Of a DNA stretch of 64,000 nt, positions 1-10,480 are shown in pieces. The stretch spans positions 3,410,001 to 3,474,000 of the forward strand of contig JAGIQG010000040.1 of assembly GCA_024679065.1 (NCBI GenBank). The letters are read 5' to 3'. The first letter of the stretch is position 1; the number at the start of each line of letters is the position of its first letter. A program made the translations under genes and the position numbers. The notes beneath the pieces are model-generated. The model was not told the DNA's origin, ran no database searches, and worked only from the letters and a program-made list of their open reading frames with translations. The stretch comes from Sphyrna mokarran. Lineage: Eukaryota.

Positions 1-946
1 TTAGTCACTGTGAAAATTGTCTTTTCAAGATGCTGGAGATTTTCAATTCCCTCTATCCATTAGTTGATTTCCATCATGCTCTGTGGTCAGAATCCTCTCT
101 GCATTTTATATTCTGTAGATTCTACAGAACAGAAATAGGTCATTGGGCTCACAGAACGCTTGTCTGCACTGCACACGTGCCTATCCCCCTCTCACACTCA
201 ATCCCTAACGAAATCTTTGTGCACTGAGCACTATGTCCTGTTCGATTTTTCACACAGTAACAAAAAAAATCCTTACGCCATTTACTGCAACCACACCATG
301 TGACAGCGCGCCCCGCATTCTTCCTAATTTCATTTTCTTTTATCTCACTAACATCAGATTCAACGTTTCTTTAATCTGAATCATTTTCTCCACACGTATA
401 TTAATAAACCTACAACATAATGCTAAAGATTTACATCAACACCAAAAACCGAAACATGTTGGGAAACCTCAAGAGATCTGAAAGCGCCAGTGGGAAAAGA
501 ATAAAGCCAACGTTTCCAGACTGTATAACCTTCCGTAAGAGCCATAGAGAGAATCAAAACTGACACTAGGACAGATTAGCATTCAGAATGTGTGTCATTT
601 GAAATCACTTGGGAGACAGGACGCCCAGGATGTTATTAGTATTATCAGATACAACCACCAAATCATTAAATGTCATTATGGAGTCAATGACATTGCCTTC
701 CCCGTACGATGTTTCACCTTTGGTGGTCACACACCTTTTCAGTCTGGTCTCACACTCAGACCTGACTCCAGTTTCCTACTCTGCTCCTAAATCTAAAACT
801 GCAGTTGAAAGTTTTCCACAGGAACCCCCTTCCCCCACGTTGCTGTTGTAGTCACAGAGGATTGAAGTGATCAGATTGCAAGAATGAGCTGGCTGTGAAA
901 ACTAACCTGAATAGTCTGCAACACGGGCGGATTTGGAGTCACTTAC

Positions 947-999
947 CAGCTGAGACAGTCACCACTGTCCCAGACCCATCTGTAAATCTCCATTCTCTC
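947..999 (-). CDS. J segment of NAR-like (NAR-TCR-type) cassette 1, REWRFTDGSGTVVTVSA
   Basis: Minus strand encodes a GxG-T-V-V-T-V J motif, ends in a phase-1 GTAAGT donor (946 downward) and is preceded by a 23-RSS. Confidence 0.9.
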
Positions 1000-1038
1000 C
1001 ACAGTGTCAACACTCTCAGTTAGCCCAATACAAGAATG
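1000..1038 (+). other. 23-RSS of J, cassette 1
   Basis: CACAGTG (1000-1006) + 23 bp + ACAAGAATG (1030-1038). Confidence 0.85.
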
Positions 1039-1354
1039 ACTTGCAACGTAAACTACCGGGAAGAAAACACGAAACAACCAGTGTTTATCAATTATTAGGG
1101 GTTTATAGACCAATAATGAAGAATGATTGTTTTATATCTCCCATTGAAACAAAGTGTTCCTTGGGGCATTCTGAACTCTTGGCAAAATGGCCCGGGATTG
1201 CACATTTCGTATAAGTAGAATAAAAAATTAAAGAAGGCTAACTGAATGGAGGAAATTTCAACAAAATTCAACCAGGTTACAACAAAGTAGCAAGAACTCG
1301 CAAGCTATGGTTCGTAAGCTGGAAATTATTGCTTCGTTTGTTTAGAAATATTGA

Positions 1355-1382
1355 AGTATTTGTTCTCCTCTCTTCCACTGTG
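1355..1382 (-). other. 12-RSS of NAR-like V, cassette 1
   Basis: Minus strand CACAGTG (1382-1376) + 12 bp gaagagaggaga + ACAAATACT (1363-1355). Confidence 0.9.
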
Positions 1383-1865
1383 GTGTTCCGTGTATGTAGT
1401 ACCAGTGCTGAGCTTTACAGTAATAGGTGGCGGAGTCTTCAATTTTCAGATCCCTAATTTCCAGCGAAAATGTCTTTTCTGCTTTATTCACCAACACAAT
1501 AAACCTCCCTCCGCTGGAGATCCGCTCCCGCTCTGTCCCGGTCTGGGTTTGTCTGAAGAAATGGCCGTTTTGTAAATCATAAACACTATTGAAAACACAG
1601 GTGATGGTGAGAGACTGACACTCCTTCTTGGTCGCCGCTGCCGGGCTTTGTGTCACTGACTGACTGAAAAATCCTGAAAATTAAACACACAGAGTTTAAT
1701 GGACAAGCAGAGCCGAACCGCACAATCGGGTTAAAATCCAACACACTGTCCGTAATTGAGATGCAATTGGGGCAGCTTTATGTTCAATTCATGCAATGTG
1801 GGTTAGTTTGAACGGTACTCACGGGGTAAATAGGCACACACGGTGAAAACAAAAAAGATTCCCAT
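1383..1865 (-). CDS. IgNAR-like V segment (NAR-TCR V type), cassette 1; leader exon 1865-1823, V exon 1673-1383
   Basis: Leader MGIFFVFTVCAYLP, phase-1 GTGAGT...TTTCAG intron, then SQSVTQSP...SLTITC...ERISSGGRF...KTFSLEIRDLKIEDSATYYCKA. Short FR2 and no CDR2, as in VNAR. Frame open. Confidence 0.9.
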
Positions 1866-2139
1866 TGCTCTGCTGCCTGAAACTGAGGTTTAAATGACGG
1901 TGAGCGGAGACTGCAGAGTTGGACTGCTTTGGGAGACTGGATCTCAGAGCTGAATTGAAATGCTTCAGACCGAACATTGACAAGTTAGGCCACGCCCATC
2001 CTTCAAATTAAATTCAAGAATTTAAATGGTGAATATAGCTGTGAACTTTCGGTCGAAATTTCTCGACAGCCACAACACACGCTCATCGCACGACCCACAG
2101 CAGTGAATTTCATGCGCTACTTGCTCTCGAGTAGATTAT

Positions 2140-2700
2140 TTATTGCTATTAATTCAGGGGATGTGGACTTGGCTGGCGATGGCAGCAGATATTCCCAATC
2201 TCTAATTGCCTTTGATAGGATGGTAGTGAATTGCCTTTTGGAACGGTTGCAGTCCCTGCACTGCAAGTACACACACCGCGCTTTCAGGGAGGGAATTCCA
2301 GAATTTATAGAGACCGAAGGACAGTGAAGGAATGAAAAATATTTCCAAGTCCGGACAATGGTGGTGTTCGCTGTTCTGAGTCTGAAATGAACAACGATGT
2401 GCAGGTTAAGCTGATTGGCCATGCTAAAATTTCCTCTTAGTGTCCCGAGATGTGTAGTTTAGAGAGATAGCGGGTAAATGTGTAGTGATATGGGGGTAGG
2501 GCCTGGGTGGGATTGTGGTCTGTGCAGACTCAATGGACCAGATGGCCTCTTTCTGCACTGTACGGTTTCTATGAAATGTAGCACCTAAGGGGGCTTGGTG
2601 AGTTCCTGCAGTGCATCGTGTGTATGGTACAGAAGATTGTCACTGGGTGTTGCTGATGGAGTAAATGAATATTTGTGCCAGGGGTACGAGTCAAACAGTA
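2140..2700 (-). mobile_element. Decayed LINE 3' fragment shared by both cassettes
   Basis: Homologous to about 8990-9320; lies at the same position upstream of each NAR-like V. Confidence 0.5.
2390..2571 (+). mobile_element. 5'-truncated HE1/V-SINE-type insertion with TSD tgaaatg
   Basis: gatgtgcaggttaagctgattggccatgctaaa core; tgaaatg at 2383-2389 and 2572-2578; empty site in the paralogous cassette near 9221. Confidence 0.7.
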
Positions 2701-3789
2701 CAACTTTGTCCTGAGTGGGACAATCTATAAAGTGGAATCTCAGTGTGCAGCTTCAGAACCACCTGCTTTGTCTCAGTCAGCAGGGCAGCTTCACTGGAGG
2801 CACATCCTGCTAATTTTACTTCCTGTTTTATTTAGAGCAGCAGGCACGGTCTACAATCCTTATTATCCGGAGTCAAATAGAAGCTCACAGGATGAAATAG
2901 ACAGACCCAAAACTGAGTTATTAATTGTACAACAGCGGGATATTTCCGGGGATTCTAACAGTTCGATTGTAGCTCGACTTCCGGAAATGTTCAAAGTCTT
3001 AGGGAAATTCACTTTTGAGGGAAGGTGTGAAAGACCGTCTTGTGAGATTACTAGCAAATAAACTCGTTGGACACTAACCTGGTGTTGGGAGACTTCTCAC
3101 TGTGCTGTCACTGAAACCATTTCCGATTTTTAGAAAAAAAAATCACAGCAATGTGATTGACTCTCAACTGCCCTTAAAAATGGCCCAGCAAGCCATTGAC
3201 TTGAAGGGCGACTAGGGACGCACAATAAATGATGGCCAGCCAGCGACGCCATGTCACACGAATGAATTAAAGAAAGAAAAATAGCTTTCCCACCGAAGGA
3301 CCAACTTCTGCACATTCGAATTCTTGAAACTAGACCATAATGTTCAGTGCTTCTATGTCGTTTTTCATGTCTTACGGCCTTCAGAGCCAACAGTCAAAAC
3401 TTTTCCAAACTTTGAAATCCATACACATTATACATTACTTATAATCAATCTCAGGAGTGTAAGGAATTAATGCTGATGAGGAGATACATGAAAATAGAAA
3501 TATGGTAGACCAATCCACCTTGGGGACCCGCTGTGCAATTCAGGAATGCTAGATCTGATCATCTATCTAATGTTTTTGAAATTGACAAAAAGCATAGTGC
3601 AAACAGATTTGTCTACAATCAGTGATCAATATATGGAAGAGAATGCAATTCAAACTTTTTGCAATTTAGCGAAAATTATTGTTTCTAGAAAGGAGATAAA
3701 AATCAGGTAGGTTATAATTATTTTTAGTTCCTGATTGCGCATGAAATATCACCTTCACAAGAAAATTAGTTCTTGAAGTTATTTGTGTC

Positions 3790-5860
3790 ATGTTCCCGTT
3801 TTCCTGTCACTAATCCTGTTGGATTAGGCAGGAACTTATGGAAACTGATTGGGAACGGTTGTTCGAGGGTAAGTCCACGCAAGGCATGTGGGATTCTTTC
3901 AAGAGAATACCGAAAATGTTGCAAGAAAGATATGTGCCAGCTAAGTGGAAGGATGGAAAAGGTAGGATTAGAGAGCTGTGGATTACTAAGGATACTGAGG
4001 ACTTGGTTAGGAAGAAAAGGGAGGCGTATGTTAGGTCAAAGCATCTGGGAATGGAGAGAGCGTTGGAAGAATATAGAGAGAGTAGGAGGGAGCTCAAACG
4101 GGGAGTTAGAAGGGCAGAAAGGGGGCATGAAATGGTTTTGGCACATAGGATTACGGAAAATCCAAAGGCTTTTTACTCCTATGTTAGGAATAAAAGGGTG
4201 ATTAGAGGAAAAATCGGACCTCTTAGGGACAGAGGAGGGGAACTGTGCTTAGAGCCCGAAGGAATGGGGAGATCCTGAATGAATACTTTGCGTCAGTATT
4301 CACGAAGGAGAGGGGCTTGTTGACGGGTCGTGTCTCTGAGGGAACTGTAGAGCAGTTGAGGGAAATATCCATACTGCGGGAGGAAATGTTGGAGCTTCTA
4401 AATAGCATTAAAACTGATAAATCTGCGGGGCCTGATGGCATTTATTCCAGGCTGCTTAGGAAGGCGCGAGGTGAAATTGCTGGGTCTCTGACGCAAATCT
4501 TTGTCTCTTCTTTGGACACAAGTGAGATCCAGAGGACTGGAGAATAGCTAATGTTGTACCGTTGTTTAAAAAGAGTAGTTTTAGAGAAATTATAGGCCAG
4601 TGAGTTTGACGGCAGTGGTAGGGAAGCTGTTGGAGGGGATTCTTAGAGATAGGATGCTTAGGCACTTAGAGCATTGCTTTGTAAAGGGGAGGTCGTGCCT
4701 TACGAATCTGGTAGAATTTTTTGAGGAGGTGACGAAAACCGTCGACGAAGGGCGAGCTGTTGATGTCGTCTATATGGATTTCAGTAAGGCTTTTGACAAA
4801 GTCCCTCATGGGAGGTTAGTTGAAAAGTCAAGGCTAATGGAATACAAGGACAGGTAGCTAGATGGATAAGTAACTGGCTAGGTAATAGGAGACAGAGAGA
4901 CAGGTTGTTTTTCTAGCTGGAGGTCGGTCACTGGTGGTGTGCCGCAGGACTCAGTAATGGGATCTCTTCTATTTGTAATATACATAAATGACTTGGAAGA
5001 GGGAGGAAGTGGAGTGACCAGCAAGTTTGCAGACGATACAAAGATGGCTGGACTTGCGAATAGTGAGGAGCATTGTCAGGCGATACAGCAGGACATAGGC
5101 TGGTAGCTTGGGCAGATAGATGGCAGATGGAATTCAATCCTGATAAATGCGAGGTGATGTATTTCGGGAGAAAGAATGTGGGGGGGTGGTGAGGAAGTAT
5201 ATGATAAAGGGTAGACCTACTAAGCATATAGAAACGCAGAGGGACTTGGGGGTGCAGATGCACAAGTCTCTAAAGATGGCAGAGCAGGTGGAGAAGGTTG
5301 TGAAGAAAGCATATGGTATGCTAGCCTTTATAGGAAGGGGTATAGAGCACAAGAGCTAGCCTTTAATGTTTCAGTTGTATAAAATATTGGTTAGACCTCA
5401 TTTGGAATACTGCGTCCAGTTCTGGTCGCCTTACTACCAGAAGGATTTGGAAACTCTGGAGAGAGTGCAGAGGAGGTTTACCAGGATGCTGCCTGGTATG
5501 GAAGGTCTGAGTTACAAAGAGAGGATGGGCAAATTGGAGCTGTTTTCCTTAGAAAGACGAAGACTTAGAGGAGATCTAATAGAGGTGTACAAGATTATGA
5601 GGGGTATAGATAGAGTAAACAGTGTTAAGCTTTTTCCTGGGATGGATTCAAATATCACGAGGGGTCACGGGCTTAGGGTCAGGGCGTAAGGTATAATTTG
5701 GATGCTAGAGGGAGTTTTTTCACACAGAGGGTGGTGGGGGTATGGAACGCACTGCCAAGTAAAGTGGTCGAGGCAGGCACTCTGGAGTTATTTAAGAGAT
5801 ACTTAGATGGGCACATGAACAGAATGCGAATGGAGCTATATAGAAAACTGATTTAAAATA
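3790..5860 (+). mobile_element. CR1 LINE ORF2 fragment, frameshifted
   Basis: ORF pieces with KSAGPDGI, DVVYMDFSKAFDKVPH and RPHLEYCVQFWSP. Confidence 0.92.
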
Positions 5861-5996
5861 CGGATCATGAGCCTTGGGAGTTCCCTGGGAAGTGGTTAAA
5901 ATGTCAATGAAATTGATGTACTTCTGTTTTATCCTACAGGTACTTCGGTCCACTTTGTTGTCTAACAAAGGGCATACACGCGATGGTCGTGAGAGG

Positions 5997-6385
5997 GCTG
6001 CTCTTGGATTTTTCGAGAGTAGCCTAGTGCTTCATGTTGTTGGTGTACGCTTGAACTGGACCATTTGATGGGCAACACGAAAGTTCAGAGATTATCACTG
6101 TGCTGTGCAAATACATGGATTTGGGCCTGTGTCTGTGGGAGTTTGCACATTCTCCCCGTGCTTGCGTGGGTTTTCTTCCGGGGATCCGGTTTCCTCCCAC
6201 ACTCCAAAGATGTGCTGTTAGGCTGATTGGCAAAACAAATTCTCCGTAAATTGACTCGCAAATTTGGTTCCAATGCATAGATCTATAAACATAGACAGGG
6301 ATCATGGATAAAAGTGGGAACATCGAGGTGGCGGCGTGGGCTCGTTGGGCTGAAGGGCCTGTTTCCCGTGCTGTTTTGTTGTTTT
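5997..6385 (+). mobile_element. HE1/V-SINE-type element plus 5' flank; inverted twin at 20705-21093
   Basis: gagtttgcacattctccccgtg...ggtttcctcccac core and CR1-like tail gaagggcctgtttcccgtgctg. Confidence 0.75.
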
Positions 6386-6539
6386 TCCTTTGTACAGCTA
6401 TTGATCTGTGCTGAAATTTTGGGTTGCCTATCCCAGTGTGTCATTGACATTTCCTGGAGCAGAGAGAAATCCTGTGCTCAGTTGCTCCGCTTTCTCCCAG
6501 CGGACAGCAGGTAGCAGGGTTCGGAGTGTCCACAATGTA

Positions 6540-6875
6540 TTTTTATTAATTGATGTGACATGGGCGTCGTCACTGGCTTGCTGCCCATCCCCAGTTATCC
6601 AGAGGCAGTTGAGAGTCAACCATATTGCTGTGGCTCTGCTGTCACATGTAGGCGAATCCAGGCAAGGATGGAAGATTTCCTTCCCTGAAGGACATCAATT
6701 AACCAAATGGGTTTTTCTGACAATCGACAATGTCTTCATGGTCATCAAAAGATTCTTAATTCCAGATATGTTTATTGAATTGAAATTCCACTATTTGCCC
6801 TGGCGGGACTCCCAGAACTTAGCTTGTTTTTGGATTACTAGTCCAGTGATAATTCCACTTGGCCATCACCTCCAC
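6540..6875 (-). mobile_element. tRNA-derived Deu-SINE-type element
   Basis: Homologous to 24850-25180; related decayed pieces near 3130-3280, 19180-19600 and 50040-50230. Confidence 0.6.
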
Positions 6876-6949
6876 TAATGTACGCTCACTGAAACTATTT
6901 AAGAGAGTGAGAGTTAAAGATGTTGTGAGGATTACCTGATGTCTTTCTT

Positions 6950-7495
6950 AAACCATAATTGGAGATGCCGGCTTTGGAATGGGGTGTACACGATAAGAAG
7001 TCTCACAACACCAGGTTAAAATTCAACCATTTTGTTTGGAACCATGAGTTTTGGAGTGCTGCTACTTCCTCAGGTGAGTGGACATTTGGGTTTGCAAGCA
7101 CAGCATTTATAGACAGAGACGCAATTCGAAGGTAATGGTTGGAATGTGCGTCTTTGAGGAGCGGGATCTTGGGTTCATGTCACATTACATGTAACGTCAC
7201 CCAGTTTGCCTGGGCTTGCAAAATCCTACTATCTGTCTTGGTTTGAGGCAATTCACACCTGTTTAACCTGTGATGATCCCTCTCTCCCTTCGCGTTGTCT
7301 GCTCCTGTAAAGACTTGATTACTTGTAGAAATTTGCATTCCAACAATTTTCTTGCAATTGTGTCTCTGCCTATATCTGCTGTATTTGTGAACCCAACTCT
7401 CCACAAACCTGAGGAAGAGCAGCTCTCTGCAAACTCGTAATTCCAAATGAACCCGTTAGCCTTTAATCTATATTGTGCGACTTTTTACTGTTTCT
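6950..7495. mobile_element. Penelope-like terminal remnant with inverted arms
   Basis: aagaagtctcacaacaccaggtt... at 6995 and the reverse arm near 7405-7490; same termini as the 50.6-52.5 kb element. Confidence 0.6.
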
Positions 7496-7770
7496 AAAGC
7501 CAATGAAGTCCAGATCTGGTAAGCCGAACTTCCTTCCCTGCGGGATACATGTCTCTCGGGCTCTCACACTGCTTCAATCTGGTTTCACAGCTAGAATCGA
7601 CTTCAGTTTCTTACAATGCTTCCAAGTCTAAATCTGCAATTGAAAATCTTCTTCTGGAAACCACCCTGCTTTTGAAGCAGATCATTGAAGTCATACTGAT
7701 AATGAATTTAAATTGATAGTGAACACTAACATAAATAGGCTGCAACACCGTGGGATTAGGAGCCACTTAT

Positions 7771-7862
7771 CGGCTCTGACAGTCACCACAGTCCCAGACC
7801 CGTCTTCAAATCTCCATTCTCCCCACAGTAACAGAGCTCTCAATTAATCCAGCAATAGAATG
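7771..7862 (-). pseudogene. J segment and 23-RSS of cassette 2 (GEWRFEDGSGTVVTVRA), splice donor mutated
   Basis: Coding 7823-7771; CACAGTA (7824-7830) + 23 bp + AATAGAATG; donor reads ATAAGT instead of GTAAGT. Confidence 0.85.
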
Positions 7863-8197
7863 GCTGACATCTCAAACTGCCGAGCAACCATTACAGAACA
7901 ATGAACGTTTCTGGATTATTCAGGGGATTTGGATCAATAATGAACATTGGTTGTTTAAAAAAATTCTAAGTGAATCAAACTTTTCCTTGTGATTCTCTCA
8001 GCTCGTGGTAAAATTTCCCAGCAACAAGAGTAGAGATGCCAGATTCCTTTTTAAGAAAGAAAAATCTTAAAGAATAATAACTGATAGTTGAAAATTACAA
8101 TGGAATTAAACTACATTGAACTGGGAATAACATCAACCCGACAAATCAAGTTAACAAATATGGGAATTGCTAGGAACTACTGTTTTGATTGTCCTGA

Positions 8198-8719
8198 GAT
8201 TTCTGTCGATCTCTTTCCCAGTGTGGTGTCCCATGTGAGTAGTACCAGTGCTGAACTTTACAGTAATAGGTGGCACTGTCTTCAAATCTCATATCCAGAA
8301 TCTCCAGTGAAAATGACTTTTCTGCTTTATTCACCAACAAAATAGGTCTCCCTTCGCTGGAGATCCGTTCCCATTCGGTCTCGGTCTGGATTTTTTTTTG
8401 AAAAAAAAATGATCATTTTCTGAATGATAAGTCTGAATGATAAGCTCCATAGAAAACACACGTGATGGTGAGAGATTGATATGCTTTCCTGGTCAATGCT
8501 ACCGGAATCTGCATCACTGACTGACTGAAAAATCCTGGAAATTAAACATAGAGAATTTAATGGACCACCAGAGCCGAGAAACTCGGGCTAAAATTTCAGA
8601 CGGTGTCTGTAATTGGGATGGGCTGGGGCGCTTTTGTATTCAATCCACATGCTGTGGGTTAATTTGATCGGTACTCATGAGTAAACAGGCACACAGGTGA
8701 AAACAAGAAGGATTTCCAT
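8198..8719 (-). pseudogene. NAR-like V pseudogene with 12-RSS, cassette 2
   Basis: Paralog of 1383-1865 ending DSATYYCKVQHWYYSHGT, then CACACTG + 12 bp + ACAGAAATC. Leader is frameshifted, donor reads ATGAGT, and the V exon has a 13-bp duplication (tctgaatgataag x2) and homopolymer slippage. Confidence 0.88.
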
Positions 8720-9927
8720 CGTTCTATATCCTGGAGCTGATGGTTTATTTGCCAGGGAGCTGAGACTGCAGCGCTAGATTGCAGCCTGGATACCAGAGCT
8801 GAATTGAAATACTTTAGGCCCGAACATCGGTAAATTGGGCTTCACCCACTGTTGAAAACGAAACTCAAATATTTAAATGGGGAACCATGTTGTGACTTTT
8901 CAGCCGGAAGTCTCGGCAGCAAGAATCCAGAATCTCAGCAGGCGACCTATAGCTGTGGGTGCCACGCTCTACTTGGTCTCGAGTATATTGCTTATTTCAT
9001 TCAAGGGTTTCGATGGCGATGCCAGCAGACATTACCAATCTCTCATTGTATTTGATAACATGGTGGTGAACTTGAATGGTTGCAGTCGCTGCGATGTATG
9101 TAAACCCACAGCATTGCTAGGAAGGGAATTCCAAGATATTTACTGAGGGACAGTGAAGGAATCTAATACATTTTCAAGTCTGGAAAGTGATATCCTTCTC
9201 AGTTTTAGTTGTTCTGTGCTGGAAATGTACCGCTTAAGGAGGCTGAGTGAGTTGCTGCAGTGCACCGTGTATATGATGCAGACGGTTGCATTGGTGGTGC
9301 AGGGGATGAATGTCTGGGTCCATTAAAACAGATTTCATCCAATTGACATGCAAAGCAAAGAGAATGCTTTCTAAGCAGTGAATGCTACTATGCAAGATAA
9401 TGCAGCAACAGAAGAGACGGTCTCGATTTTGTTTATCCCTGCATCCTAATCAAACAGGGGACCATGATAAAGCAATAATGTCGAGACAGCCGAGTGAATT
9501 CATCAATGACACAGCGGCTACTACATGAATAACCAGATCTGTAAAACGACCAAAAATCAAGGAAAATCCTTGGCACAATAGAAATGTGGTCCAGAGAAAA
9601 ATAAACATGGAAAGAAACGACTGGAATAATCAAGGGAGCTGGAATTGGTATAAATATAACAGTTAATTTCTAAACGTCCGGATGTCTGATTTTTTGACAT
9701 GTCCCACGTGATGTGCTTTGGGTAGATTCAGAATGTTTCCGGTGCTGTGTGAATTTGTTTGCGGGAATGCACGTTACTGTGACGTGGATGGTCAGTGGAG
9801 CCTGTCGGTATCATTTGTATTGTATGGGAATAATTTACATTTTGTGAGTTACTTCTATGTTGCATGGGACTCCAACTTCTGTAATGTGAGTCCATTCGAT
9901 AGCATGTGATTGCCACTTTTATTTCAA

Positions 9928-10090
9928 TACAAAAACAGAAAATGCTGGCAAATCTCAGCAGGTCTGACAGCATATGCAGAGAGGGAGAATAGAGCCAATG
10001 TTTCGAGTCTGAATGACCCTTTGTCAGTGCATTTCTCCCCACAGATGCTGTCAGACCTGCTGAGATATTTCAGATTTCAACTTCCGCAGT
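9928..10090. mobile_element. Short Penelope-type terminal hairpin element
   Basis: atctcagcaggtctgacagcat paired with atgctgtcagacctgctgagat; single-arm relatives near 445, 22150 and 43795. Confidence 0.55.
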
Positions 10091-10480
10091 TTTAAAAAAA
10101 ATCTTACTATAATTCTGATTCTCATCTATTATAATGTCACTGAGATATGCTGCCTCGTGCCTACGCCATTCCTTAGCTGCATCATTATAGGGAAAATTTC
10201 ACATGATAAGCATGTGTTATTTTTGCCCGAGTATTAAGTAATTGAATTCAAAATTATCCAGCTACACGAGACATAACGATTAGATCATCGGCTCCCTGGA
10301 ATATCGCAATATTCGAACCCCTCCCAGAATGAACATGGAAATGCTGAACTTGTTTGTTCAGGTAAGTGTAAATAATTGTACAAATTAATTGCGTCCCTGT
10401 AGATTTCCAACAGTATTAATGAGGGTGCCTTTGAATTTGTCACAGAATTTGTGTTCAACTGTCATCATTTCTCATACAGA

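Noticed and set aside
6-12. CACTGTG at the window start as an RSS
   Set aside because: No YYC-type V end adjoins it and the nonamer would lie outside the window.
947-1865. Cassette as an Ig light-chain V-J cluster (12/23 polarity fits kappa/sigma)
   Set aside because: V lacks CDR2 and resembles VNAR, J is DGSG not FGxG, no octamer is seen in the promoter, no C exon is found after either J within the window, and the neighbours are TCR-type Vs.
2675-3061. 128-aa ORF or hidden supporting V
   Set aside because: No Ig-domain Cys/Trp pattern on either strand; starts in a LINE relic.
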